DNA of 64,000 nt from an uncultured archaeon. GTDB lineage: Archaea > Asgardarchaeota > Thorarchaeia > Thorarchaeales > Thorarchaeaceae. The stretch lies in the NCBI GenBank assembly GCA_964558645.1, contig CAZLEV010000001.1, positions 125,568 to 189,567 of the forward strand, written 5' to 3'. Of the stretch, positions 10,472 through 20,622 are shown piece by piece. The first letter of the stretch is position 1. Every line of letters starts with the position of its first letter. Made by a program: the position numbers and the translations under genes. The notes beneath the pieces are model-generated. The model was not told the DNA's origin. It was given only the letters and a program-made list of their open reading frames with translations, and made no database searches.

Positions 10472-11923
10472 ATGAACATCATGAGCAGGATTGTTGAGTT
10501 CTTTGGTCTGACTGACGGGAATGAGAAGGTACTGAGTCTAGCAAGGACTCTTGCAGTGTTGTTTCCCGTCGTGGCTCTGACAATCCAGCTGTCAACCACC
10601 TTCTTCATGATATTTGTTGCTGAGGCTGTGGGGCACGGTTCGTTCATCGAAGGTATGACGGTAGTAGGAGTTCTTGTAGTGATTCAGATGGCTGTTCAGA
10701 CCCTCTTGGACTATCCTACTGGAGCCATTGGGGATTGGATTGGTCAACGCTACATCATCACAGCAGCCTTCCTATCATTTTCGGCTGCCTTCCTGACGGT
10801 GTCATTTGTGGATTCCACGACCCCGATATACTTGCTGATACTCGTGTACGTACTACTTGGTTTTGCCACCTCACAGCTGAGTGGGGCATTCAATGCCTGG
10901 TTTGATAACAACTATCGAGTGGCGATGCCTGGAGACGGAGATCGGAAACAATATGGTGTCTTCATGGGCAAGATTGGCATGCTGTTCAGCCTGATAGGAA
11001 CGCTGTGCATGATTCCCGGCAGTATTCTAGCAGTCATTTTTGGACGTGCGTGGGTCTTTCAGCTCCAGGCCCTCATGTGTGCGGGCATCGCCCTAATCGT
11101 TATGCGGGTAGTCAGAGACTTTCCGGAAGTTGAAGAGGCAAGAGAGGCTCGACCCAGTCTTGGTCAATATACCTCTCTCCTGAAAGAGGGGATTGGTTTT
11201 CTCTTTAGTGATAGTTTTGTCACCTACCTCTTGCTAGGAGGATGCATTGTCATGAGCGTGGGTCTTGTCTGGGGTGAACTGCTCCTCTTTCCGATGTATT
11301 TCAGCTATCTTGTTGCCGAGGTCGCGGTTTCCAGCTTCAGGACTATCCTGTTCATTCCTGGGATATTCTGGCAAGAGCGTTCTGGTGTCTGGGCCAAGCG
11401 ATTTGAACCCGAGAAATGGATCCCACGTTTCAGATTGCTCCAGGGCACAGGCTTTGTCTTCTATCTGGCCTTTGCCGCCATCATGTACCTCTTTCCTCCA
11501 GCTGCCGGAGGTGCAATGATTGCCCTTTCAGTTCCTCTCACGCAGATTACACTTCTTGAGATTCCTGTCTCATCTATTCTTCCGATAACCCTTATGGCGA
11601 CGACCTTCACATTGACAGGAGTCTTTGGTGGGCTCTCACAGATTCTCACACAGCGAGTTCTCTTGGATGTGGTGCCGAACCGGATAAGGAATAGCATATA
11701 CTCTCTCTCTCCGACTATAGCCACAATCATAGCCATCCCTCAGATTGCAGTCTTTGGATGGCTCATTCCTCTTGCCGGATTCCCACTGACAATGGCATCC
11801 TGTGGACTGATCTCTCTCTTCGGGGTACTGATGATTCGAAAGGGTCTCAGCTACCCCAAGCCCACCCCCTCAGATGAGAGGGGTGAGGTTGTCACTATCC
11901 CTCCAACTGTCCCAGCTGAGTAG
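10472..11923 (+). CDS. MFS-type transporter
   Basis: LDYPTGAIGDWIGQR motif, SGAFNAWF, many TM segments. Confidence 0.8.
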   Translation: MNIMSRIVEFFGLTDGNEKVLSLARTLAVLFPVVALTIQLSTTFFMIFVAEAVGHGSFIEGMTVVGVLVVIQMAVQTLLDYPTGAIGDWIGQRYIITAAFLSFSAAFLTVSFVDSTTPIYLLILVYVLLGFATSQLSGAFNAWFDNNYRVAMPGDGDRKQYGVFMGKIGMLFSLIGTLCMIPGSILAVIFGRAWVFQLQALMCAGIALIVMRVVRDFPEVEEAREARPSLGQYTSLLKEGIGFLFSDSFVTYLLLGGCIVMSVGLVWGELLLFPMYFSYLVAEVAVSSFRTILFIPGIFWQERSGVWAKRFEPEKWIPRFRLLQGTGFVFYLAFAAIMYLFPPAAGGAMIALSVPLTQITLLEIPVSSILPITLMATTFTLTGVFGGLSQILTQRVLLDVVPNRIRNSIYSLSPTIATIIAIPQIAVFGWLIPLAGFPLTMASCGLISLFGVLMIRKGLSYPKPTPSDERGEVVTIPPTVPAE

Positions 11924-12067
11924 CTTTCTAGGCTGTCCTGCTCGAATGGGAGAGTATGTGTGCAACAAGGTTATTACGCAAGTTTTCATGAACCTGCATA
12001 GGTGTTACATTTGGCAGATAGACCAGTTTTCCTCACTGTTTCATACGGTGACTCAGGGCTCTCCACT

Positions 12068-12724
12068 ATGAAACATGAGCAGAAGATGATTCGAGAAGAT
12101 GACGTGAAATTTGATGGTGAAGACGGTATTCTAGAATGCACGGATGTGCGTCTTGTCTGGTACAAGAAACCGAGCCGATGGGGCGGTGTGAAAAAGTTCG
12201 GCGGTCTTGCTGGTGCAATAGCTGGGGCGGCCATTCTTGATGGAGTGGGTCGACAGATGGGTGGAATAGGCGGTCGGGCCGTCCGAGGAATAGGTCGCGG
12301 TATTGGTTATGCTGCCGTCGGAACGGCAATATCCTCCTGGACTCGCGACAGCTTCTACAATAAGGATAAAGATGGCAATACGGAGTCCATCGCCCTTCCT
12401 ATGATTGCCATTTCAAACATCGCACAGAGCGGCAAGAACCTAGTTGTCGAACTGAAATCTGGTGGCAACATGATATTCGAGTTCAAGCAGAAGAAAGTGA
12501 TTCCTAGCGTCCTTGCTAATGTCAAGCAAGCTCAGAACCAAGGCAAGTGCCCATTCTGCGGTGCGAATGCAGGAAACGCGGCAAAGTGCCCCAATTGCGG
12601 AGCTCCCATTGAAGGGAGCGGCGGAGGCGGAGCACCATCTGCGGGTGGGAAGTTCTGCACAAACTGCGGACAAGGAGTTCCTGCCGACGCCAAGTTCTGT
12701 GGCAAGTGTGGAAGCCCAGTCTAG
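12068..12724 (+). CDS. PH-like/Gly-zipper/double zinc-ribbon protein
   Basis: GILECTDVRLVW strand, Gly-rich segment, four CxxC pairs at the C-terminus. Confidence 0.6.
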   Translation: MKHEQKMIREDDVKFDGEDGILECTDVRLVWYKKPSRWGGVKKFGGLAGAIAGAAILDGVGRQMGGIGGRAVRGIGRGIGYAAVGTAISSWTRDSFYNKDKDGNTESIALPMIAISNIAQSGKNLVVELKSGGNMIFEFKQKKVIPSVLANVKQAQNQGKCPFCGANAGNAAKCPNCGAPIEGSGGGGAPSAGGKFCTNCGQGVPADAKFCGKCGSPV

Positions 12725-12864
12725 ACCTAGACTTCACTCGAGCTATCTCGCTGTGCATGGTGTATGGCTAGACTGGCCTGTCTGGCTAGCACCTCTCTTA
12801 TATCCTGCTTGTCTTGTATGCCGTCCTAGATATGCATCATAGTGTCGGATATGATGACAATGAT

Positions 12865-13617
12865 TCATCGGAAGAGATCTTCCTCTGCAGGGCGGGTGAT
12901 TTCTCTTGCCTTCTCATTTCCTGGGGCGTAGCGATACCCTCTGACGATTGCTGCAGGGATTCCCTCTGCGTCCTGTCCCATGACCGGTTCCGCAGCAGAG
13001 GCAACTTCATCTGCTTGGCACACCATGGATCGTTCTAAGACCCGCCCAAATAGGTCCATCTTGCCCCTGTTATGTTTGAATGCGTTCAGCCCATCCGCTC
13101 CTATGGCAACGCCCACTGATCCCCTCCTCCAAGGTCTTCCCTGTGAATCCGAAATGACAACAGCTACATCTATCCCAAGAAGACTTCTGATTCTATTCCT
13201 TATTGACCGTGCACTTAGGTCTGGGTTCTCTGGGAGCAATACGTACGATTCTTGTTCTGTGTTGGATTTGTCTACTCCACTGAAGTTGCAGACCTGGCCG
13301 TTCTTCGTTTCAGTGATCAGAACTCGTTCGGCCCGGATGATGTTTCTGCTCTCTCTCAGAGCCAGCTCGACCTGGACTGGGTCGAAGCTGTTCCTCTGGG
13401 CGATTTGTGCGGCTCTATCAGAGACTTCAACATCAGATGACTTGATGATACGGCCTTCTGCCTTGGACACTATCTTCTGGGCTACCACCAGTACATCTCC
13501 CTCTTGAATCATCATGCGGCTCTCTCTCATTGCGTTCACAAGCAGTTCTGCGATGTTGTCTCCAGGTTGGATCATGGGTACACCTTGTACCCCAATAACG
13601 CGAACTATTCCTGACAC
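12865..13617 (-). CDS. cofE: Coenzyme F420-0:gamma-glutamyl ligase
   Basis: AQKIVSKAEGR, GVDKSN, DSQGRPWRRG, DLFGR..ADE, DLFR end. Confidence 0.92.
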   Translation of the reverse strand: MSGIVRVIGVQGVPMIQPGDNIAELLVNAMRESRMMIQEGDVLVVAQKIVSKAEGRIIKSSDVEVSDRAAQIAQRNSFDPVQVELALRESRNIIRAERVLITETKNGQVCNFSGVDKSNTEQESYVLLPENPDLSARSIRNRIRSLLGIDVAVVISDSQGRPWRRGSVGVAIGADGLNAFKHNRGKMDLFGRVLERSMVCQADEVASAAEPVMGQDAEGIPAAIVRGYRYAPGNEKAREITRPAEEDLFR

Positions 13618-13915
13618 AGATAGAACATCCTGGGCGCACGCTAGTATTATCTACAACGAATATCCTCTTATATGCACGCTTAGAACACGTGTACTAAGTC
13701 GAAATGAAACCGCAATAGAACGGATATGAGCATGACCCGGAAGGAGGCCGTGGTGCTTCATGGCTTCCACGGGAAAACAATAAATGCAGAGTGCGTGAGC
13801 TCAAAGTAGTTGGCTCGTATGCGACCATCTAGATTGTGGTCTGTTGCAGGTAATGAAGGGCGATGAATCCATAGCCTGCAACCAATGCAATAATCGTAAA
13901 GATGGAGTGGATCAA

Positions 13916-15904
13916 TTGAGTTCCTCAAAAAGAAGTGAATCAGCTGGCAAGAAGCGGTCCCATGAAACAGGGGACATCAAACAGGGTACAATAGCGAAAT
14001 TCATGAGAAAGAGGACCCAGTTGGTTGGATTTGAAACAGGCCTGAACAAACATACGCAGTACGCTATCGAGTTCCTGGATAATGCCATTGATGCTCTTGA
14101 GAGCTGGTGGTGGAGGAAGAAACGCAAGCCCAAGCTGACTGACCAGCTTGACCCAGATCTTATCAAAGAGATACGCGAGAAGTTTGAAGGAAAGACTATC
14201 GATTCTATTGCACGGTCCAAGAAACTGGAGAAAGACACCAAGGCAGGTCGGGAGGTAGATATTCCTCCACGACAGAAGGAGACGTTGGATGAACGTATCA
14301 AGAGATTCAGGAAATTCCTCGTACCATTCCGGACGTTGATCAAGAAGAACGAACCCTTTGCAGTGCTGAAGCTTACTGAGGTCCACATGCCAGATCTTGT
14401 GGCATTAGATGACGAGGAAGGTTTCAAAGTCTACGAGTTCACCTGCTTCGACAATGGTATTGGAATGGTTCCCCAGGATCTTGAGAAGTTCGGGATCTAT
14501 CTTGCGTCAAGCAAGTCTGAGAAGCTTCGTCAGACGCGAGGAAGTCAAGGCTTCGGAGCTCCATCAGCATTCAGTGACGCGCAGAATACTACCGGGAAGC
14601 CCATCTTCACGGTCTCTAAGCGAATGGGTTCCAAGATGTCCACTGTTGCAGACTTCTACACAACGACCGAAAACACAAAGGACTATGTCGGCGGGCCCAA
14701 ACAGATGAAACTCCCATTCAAGCATGGGACTTACGTTCGGCTCAACTATCTGAATATCCAATATCGCAGAGGCTATGCAGACATATACGCAGAGATGGCA
14801 TCGCTTCTGAATTCACATGTTACAATTATCTTCATAGATCCCTATGGTGAGGTCCACATCTATCCGCGAAGAGTCAACAAGTTTCCTGAGGAACCCAAAT
14901 TTGCCCAACCTCACCCTGCAAGCATCAGAATCGGTGAGTTTCAGGATCTTCTACGAGAAACGAAGGAGAAGACTATCAGGAGCTTTCTGACGAAAGCCTT
15001 CACCCGTTTGTCTACAAATAAAGCGAAGGACATCGTCAAGGCGGCGAATGCGGAGCTTGGGAAGAGACATCTTGACAAGATCAAACTCGGCGCTCTTCCA
15101 AGGAGCCTGAGTAAGGTTCAGGTAGAGCTGCTTTATCGTGCTTTCTCAAGTGAGGACTACTACTCTCCCCCTACCGACACTGTCGTCCCAGTGGGTGAAG
15201 AGGTATTCGAGCAGACAATAAAGATGGCCTACAGGCCCGACTTTGTGACATCGGTTACTAGGAAGCCAACATCCGGCAAAGGTCTCTCTTTTGCTGTTGA
15301 GGTGTGTATTGCCTATGGAGGAGAGATTGAGCCCGCAACATCAGCGCCGATGGTCCTATGGAGATTCGTCAACCGTGTACCCAAGTTGCGTGATAACAGC
15401 GATTGCGCTACCTGGAAAGCTTGTACTATGGTAAACTGGAAGAACTACAAGCTGAAAACATTTGACAACGGTATACCTCGAGGACCTGTTATGGTCTTCA
15501 TCCATGTATGTGGTGCCTACGTGCATGTCATGTTCAAAGGACAGAGCAAACAGGCCTTAGCTGAGGATGAGGTCTTACTCAAAGAAATCAAGCTTGCTCT
15601 TGAAGAGGCCGGCCGTAAGTTCAGGCGTTATATCACGCGAAGAGAAACTGCAAAGCGCAAGGCCAAACGAGCGGGCATTCTTGCTATGTACGCGGATCAG
15701 TTCACACACAGTCTCGTCACAATCGCGAATGGTTATGCGGGAAAGGAGGTATACGATGCGGAAACTCTGGCGAGCAAGATACGCGATTCAATCACCGGCT
15801 TTGAAACACGAGAAGACCTAGATGAAACCGAAACGGACTCTGAAGGAAGCGATTTAGTTTCCGACGTGCCGCTTGGTGAGGGTGAGGGATCTGAGGAGGA
15901 ATAG
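13916..15904 (+). CDS. top6B: DNA topoisomerase VI subunit B (divergent, with insertion)
   Basis: GHKL motifs EFLDNAIDA, DNGIG, SSK..QTRGSQGFG, HGT; transducer RFVNRVP and WKNY; TTG start after GGAGTGG. Confidence 0.88.
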   Translation: MSSSKRSESAGKKRSHETGDIKQGTIAKFMRKRTQLVGFETGLNKHTQYAIEFLDNAIDALESWWWRKKRKPKLTDQLDPDLIKEIREKFEGKTIDSIARSKKLEKDTKAGREVDIPPRQKETLDERIKRFRKFLVPFRTLIKKNEPFAVLKLTEVHMPDLVALDDEEGFKVYEFTCFDNGIGMVPQDLEKFGIYLASSKSEKLRQTRGSQGFGAPSAFSDAQNTTGKPIFTVSKRMGSKMSTVADFYTTTENTKDYVGGPKQMKLPFKHGTYVRLNYLNIQYRRGYADIYAEMASLLNSHVTIIFIDPYGEVHIYPRRVNKFPEEPKFAQPHPASIRIGEFQDLLRETKEKTIRSFLTKAFTRLSTNKAKDIVKAANAELGKRHLDKIKLGALPRSLSKVQVELLYRAFSSEDYYSPPTDTVVPVGEEVFEQTIKMAYRPDFVTSVTRKPTSGKGLSFAVEVCIAYGGEIEPATSAPMVLWRFVNRVPKLRDNSDCATWKACTMVNWKNYKLKTFDNGIPRGPVMVFIHVCGAYVHVMFKGQSKQALAEDEVLLKEIKLALEEAGRKFRRYITRRETAKRKAKRAGILAMYADQFTHSLVTIANGYAGKEVYDAETLASKIRDSITGFETREDLDETETDSEGSDLVSDVPLGEGEGSEEE

Positions 15905-15907
15905 TTC

Positions 15908-18148
15908 ATGGCCAAGAAACGGAAGAAAGAGGAAACTGTCCAGATGACTCTAGATGCCTCCAATGCGAAGAGTGAGAAGATGCAGAGCAAACTAATGGAC
16001 TTGCCCGGCGTTGGAGAGAAGACCGTCGAGAGCCTTCTCAATGCGGGATACGACTCTCCAGAAAAGATAGTCGATTCAAGCGTAGGTATTCTGGCCAAGG
16101 AAGTAGACGGAGTAGGGAAAGGAACGGCCGGCAGAATCATTGCGGCTGCCAAGAAGATGGTGAAAGCACCGAAGACGAAGGCAAGTCGAAAGAAGACCAC
16201 CAAAGCGGTGAAGAAGAAGACCCAATCGGCCATCCCGATGACCAAGCTTCCAGGTGTGGGCAGCAAGACGAGAGAGAATCTCATTGCAGTTGGTTATGAT
16301 TCTGTTGAGAAGATCTCAAGCTCGAAGCCTTCTGAGATCGCAAAGGATGTCGAGGGAGTAGGAAAGATTACCGCCGAGAAGATTGTGAGAGCAGCCAAGA
16401 AGATGTCAAAACCTCCGAAGAAGACGCCAACCCCGAAGAAGAAATCCCGTACAGAACCACCAAAGAAAAGCGGTGCTCCTGAAGCATCAATGACATCTCT
16501 TCCGGGTGTGGGGGCCAAGACGCGAGAGGGTCTTATTGCAGCTGGCTATGACTCCGTGGAGAAGATTTCACGTTCGAAAGCCAAAGCGATTGCCAAAGAT
16601 GTTGACGGTGTCGGTAAGAAGACAGCTGAAGCCATTGTAAAGGCGGCAAAAGAGATTCTACCACCGGAAGAGCCGGAGGGCCCTGATATTTCCATGAAGG
16701 ATCTTCGCGGCGTCGGCCCCAAGACTAGAGACGCTCTAGTTGATGCGGGGTATTCATCAGTAGCGAAGATATCAGAGGCAAAGCCGACTGAGATTGCAAA
16801 GGCGGTTGACGGTGTTGGAAAAACCACGGCCGGGAAAATTGTTGAAGCGGCACAGGAGCTGGTGGGGTCAGAACAAGAATCTATGGAAGAGCCCAAGCCC
16901 TCTATGAGGCCTGTCAGACCACTCAAGAAGGTTCCCGAACGCGAAAGAGCTAAACCAGTGAAGAAGAAGTCTGGCCTGCCCGTGCCCGAGGAAGTCATAC
17001 AACTTGAGAAGGAAATGAAGAAGAACTGGGCGGAGGCTCAGAAGAAGATTGACGAGAGAGAAGTCCAGAAGACGATGAAGGTCTCGGCACTCACTGCCGA
17101 TGAGACCGAGGAACGGTTGGTCAAGGAAGTTGAGATGATTCTTAATGAAATAGTTACCACAGGGCGGCCTGCCTTCGAGATTCCTAGTAGGTCGTCGGAT
17201 AACATCGTGTGGGACGAGGTGCGCGACCTGCTACTTCTTGGTATGAAGAAGATATCTCGCCCCTATCACTCACTCGGTTCCGTTGTTGATGCAACGCGCA
17301 CGGCACGTCTGATGGAGATTGTATTTCAACTGCTTCAGTCTAATTTACACGCAACAAAGAGAGAAGTATTCTACAGTGATGTCAATCTATTCCGAGACCA
17401 GAAGTACAGTGATAGAATCATGGAAGATGTAGCCTCGATGCTTCAGACAACCCGTGACAGTATCCACATTGTAGCTTCTGCCAGGGGTTCTGCGATGGGT
17501 AGGGTCGTAATACGGGATGGGGGCGACCTGATTGACCTGACGAAGATGGGCACTGGTGGATGGGCTATCACCCCGTTTCTTGACCAAGTTGACATCGTCG
17601 AGAGCGATGCTGAGTTCATCATCATGTCAGAGAAGGACGCTGCTGTCATGAGGCTGGCCGAGGCAAAATACTGGAACCGACAGCCATGCATTGTACTGAC
17701 TGGAAAAGGTTCAGGGGACATCGCTACTCGCGCATTCCTGAAGCGCCTTGTTCGAGAACTGGAGATACCTGCCTTTGCTCTGGTGGATTCTGACCCCTAC
17801 GGACACTACATCTACTCTGTGTTCTTGCGGGGTTCCAAGAGGCTCTCATATGAGTCGCCATTCATCGCCACACCCGAACTGAAGCTTCTGGGTGTTCTGA
17901 GCCGCGATCTTGACGCTTACAACATCCCCAAGGCCGTCCGTATCCCAATGGAGCCGACCGACATGAAGCGTGTCAAGGATATGCTGAAAGAGGATTTTGT
18001 TCAAAGCAACAAGGAATGGGTTGAGGACCTCCGGCTGATGCTCAAGCTCAAAGAGAAAGCAGAGATTCAGGCGTTTGCGAGTCACAGCTTCGAGTTTCTC
18101 ACAGACGAATACCTTCCTACCAAGCTGGAAACTGGCGACTGGATCTAG
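15908..18148 (+). CDS. top6A: DNA topoisomerase VI subunit A (Spo11-like) with four N-terminal HhH repeats
   Basis: ATKREVFY catalytic Tyr motif, TOPRIM EKDA, TGKG, DSDPYG, KAEIQA. Confidence 0.9.
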   Translation: MAKKRKKEETVQMTLDASNAKSEKMQSKLMDLPGVGEKTVESLLNAGYDSPEKIVDSSVGILAKEVDGVGKGTAGRIIAAAKKMVKAPKTKASRKKTTKAVKKKTQSAIPMTKLPGVGSKTRENLIAVGYDSVEKISSSKPSEIAKDVEGVGKITAEKIVRAAKKMSKPPKKTPTPKKKSRTEPPKKSGAPEASMTSLPGVGAKTREGLIAAGYDSVEKISRSKAKAIAKDVDGVGKKTAEAIVKAAKEILPPEEPEGPDISMKDLRGVGPKTRDALVDAGYSSVAKISEAKPTEIAKAVDGVGKTTAGKIVEAAQELVGSEQESMEEPKPSMRPVRPLKKVPERERAKPVKKKSGLPVPEEVIQLEKEMKKNWAEAQKKIDEREVQKTMKVSALTADETEERLVKEVEMILNEIVTTGRPAFEIPSRSSDNIVWDEVRDLLLLGMKKISRPYHSLGSVVDATRTARLMEIVFQLLQSNLHATKREVFYSDVNLFRDQKYSDRIMEDVASMLQTTRDSIHIVASARGSAMGRVVIRDGGDLIDLTKMGTGGWAITPFLDQVDIVESDAEFIIMSEKDAAVMRLAEAKYWNRQPCIVLTGKGSGDIATRAFLKRLVRELEIPAFALVDSDPYGHYIYSVFLRGSKRLSYESPFIATPELKLLGVLSRDLDAYNIPKAVRIPMEPTDMKRVKDMLKEDFVQSNKEWVEDLRLMLKLKEKAEIQAFASHSFEFLTDEYLPTKLETGDWI
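15992..16862 (+). repeat. Four tandem roughly 56-aa double helix-hairpin-helix modules inside top6A
   Basis: Each reads [LM]xxL[PR]GVGxKT..L..[AV]GYxS..I....[LI]AK.V[DE]GVGK.TA..I..AA; first two linkers are Lys-rich. Confidence 0.9.
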
Positions 18149-18273
18149 GAACATGCTTGTAATGCTATCAAGGACAACGGATACGGCACTCTTGCGGTTT
18201 GAAGAGACTCATAAGCCCCAACACAATTCACTATCGTAGGCTATGTAGCTAGAGTTGACACGAGGATTTACCC

Positions 18274-19212
18274 ATGGTTGTTTCAAAGCTCGGAATACGC
18301 GTCGTTGATTCACATGCTCATTTCTTCACTTATGACAATATGAGAGAGTGGCTGGAGGATGAAGAGAATGTGGAGCGAATGCAGCAGAGAGTTAAATACC
18401 AAACCGACATGAAAGAGCTCAAGCTTCCTGACGATCCCTGGGATGTTGGGAAGATGTGGATTGACGAGCTTGATAAGTACGGCATCTCTGCAATTGGGAT
18501 GATGGTATCTCCTGAGGCGTGGGATGAGTTCAATGAGGCACGTCAACGTTTTCCCGGTCGATTCATGGGTTACGCAAACATAGACCCCTCCCGTGATGAT
18601 GCTGTTGAGCTTGTTGCACGGGCTGGAAGTGACGATTTTCAGGGAATCAAGCTGTACCCGAGCACATGGGACTTCCCTGTATATGACGAAAAAGTCTATC
18701 CGATCTACAGAGAGGCGTTGAAGCAGGAACTGCTCGTGATTCTCCACTTCGGCATCACTATTGGTTCCAAAGCCAATCTGCGCTTTGGCAACCCATTGGA
18801 TATCCAGAGGCCAGCTCAGGACTTTCCTGATCTCAATTTCATGGTTGCTCATTTCGGGGCTGGTTTCTTCCGTGAAGCACTGATGCTCATGTACCAAGTA
18901 CCAAATGTCGTCATGGACACCAGTGGTAGCAACAGCTGGATGGACTATCAGCCAATTGATCTGACAATCACCAAAGTATTCGAGCGAGCTCTGAAAGCTG
19001 GTGCGTCTTGTCGAGTAGTTTTCGGGACAGACTCTTCATTCTTTCCACGTGGCTTCCGTTACAACATCCTAAAGGAGCAGTTCAATGCTGTGAAGGCTAT
19101 CTGTCCTCAAATGTGCTACTCATCTGATGATGTTGACCTGATTTTCAGCGGGAACATCCTGAGACTGACAGGATTTCGCCCGGCCGATTGGAGTGAATCG
19201 GTGCAGGTATAG
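18274..19212 (+). CDS. Amidohydrolase family 2 (TIM-barrel metallo-hydrolase)
   Basis: DSHAH, GIKLYP, LHFG, AHFG, FGTDS. Confidence 0.88.
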   Translation: MVVSKLGIRVVDSHAHFFTYDNMREWLEDEENVERMQQRVKYQTDMKELKLPDDPWDVGKMWIDELDKYGISAIGMMVSPEAWDEFNEARQRFPGRFMGYANIDPSRDDAVELVARAGSDDFQGIKLYPSTWDFPVYDEKVYPIYREALKQELLVILHFGITIGSKANLRFGNPLDIQRPAQDFPDLNFMVAHFGAGFFREALMLMYQVPNVVMDTSGSNSWMDYQPIDLTITKVFERALKAGASCRVVFGTDSSFFPRGFRYNILKEQFNAVKAICPQMCYSSDDVDLIFSGNILRLTGFRPADWSESVQV

Positions 19213-19218
19213 AACCGG

Positions 19219-20475
19219 CTATGCTTTTCGTATCTTCTTCTCAAGACCTCTTAGCCTCTTCTGGTCATCGCCCAGTCGGAACTTTTCTGCGGCCTCTTGA
19301 TATAGCGCAAGAGCATCACGTGTCATTCCCTTCTTAGCCAAGTCGTCTCCCTCTGACTCAATGAGCTTCCCCCAATCCGAATAGCATTCGCGGACCTTTT
19401 CAGCGCACTTTCCACGCATCTTGGCATTTGTCGTGAACATGTAAATCTCTCTTGCCTTCTTGTACTGGACAATGGCCCATTCGAACTCGTCTTCCTTCTT
19501 GTGCTCCTCCGCCTGGTCATAGTGGAACTCCGCCATGGCCTCATACCCGTCATCTATCTTCTTGCGAGCATCATCAACCGCTTTCTCGTAGTTGGCTCTT
19601 TCAAATAGCTTCTTCGCCATCTCAAATGACTCTATAGCTTTCTCATGTTCATTTGCTTCGAGTAGCTCTTCTCCGTGCTCAATTCGCGCCTTTCCCATGG
19701 CTTCAAACACGTAGTCTGGATACTCGAATCCGTCTCCGGTGATGGCTGCTCCACAACTCGGACAGCTTGGAGTCTTCAATTCCCTCATCGGTTCTTCGAT
19801 TCCTATCCTCTCGGGTTTACCGACCACTACATCGATGAACTCCTTGGAAGTTACGCCTCTTCCACTGGGAAACAGATGTGCAACCGTGTCAGTGGGATCC
19901 TCGCATTCTCCGTGGGGGAACAGATGGTCGCGTGTTTCGCTCATTAACGATTCTTTGCACGGGCCGTCATCCACTATATCAGGCGGTTCCACCTCGATGA
20001 ACGGGTTTCCAACCTTCACATCATCTGGTGTTATGACCTTGACCTGTGGAGCCTCCCATGTCAGGCTGTCTTCATCAGTACTCTTGTCCGATTCATCTTC
20101 CTCCGAAGGCATGTCCTCTACTTCCCAGCTGAGTGCCATGTCCGTTTCTTCCTGACCGGCTTCTTCGGCATTGAACTCCTCCGGTTCTTGTGGGAGAGGT
20201 TCCAAATCAGACTCCTCAAGAGGAGGCAAGACATCTAGTTCATCTTCCTCTTCTCCTGCAACCTCCAGACTGTCGCCATCAGCAAGCATGTTGGTCATCT
20301 TTGCCTTGAGCGCCTCCAGCTCCGGATTCAGCTGAGCGATATCCTCTTCTCTTCTGGGTGATTCCTCTTTAGCATCCTCTTGTGGCATGAGTCTCGTCCC
20401 ACACGTCATGCAATGCGTCGAACCCTTTCCCACGCGAGCTCCACATTCTGGACAGAAGTTGATATTGGCCACCAT
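19219..20475 (-). CDS. Zinc-ribbon/acidic linker/TPR-like protein
   Basis: N-terminal CPECG..CMTCG, acidic linker, CPSCG, three helical A..Y..A repeats. Confidence 0.65.
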   Translation of the reverse strand: MVANINFCPECGARVGKGSTHCMTCGTRLMPQEDAKEESPRREEDIAQLNPELEALKAKMTNMLADGDSLEVAGEEEDELDVLPPLEESDLEPLPQEPEEFNAEEAGQEETDMALSWEVEDMPSEEDESDKSTDEDSLTWEAPQVKVITPDDVKVGNPFIEVEPPDIVDDGPCKESLMSETRDHLFPHGECEDPTDTVAHLFPSGRGVTSKEFIDVVVGKPERIGIEEPMRELKTPSCPSCGAAITGDGFEYPDYVFEAMGKARIEHGEELLEANEHEKAIESFEMAKKLFERANYEKAVDDARKKIDDGYEAMAEFHYDQAEEHKKEDEFEWAIVQYKKAREIYMFTTNAKMRGKCAEKVRECYSDWGKLIESEGDDLAKKGMTRDALALYQEAAEKFRLGDDQKRLRGLEKKIRKA

Positions 20476-20622
20476 ATGTATCCGCCATAGTGTTCTGGAC
20501 TGGATTAAATAAGGTAACTTGGTCTTTCCTCACACACTGAAGAAATCCCTATCTCATTTGTGAAAGTATAGATCAGTCCAAGATTATCTCGCTCTAGTCA
20601 TTTCATAAGAGTTACTCGTATC

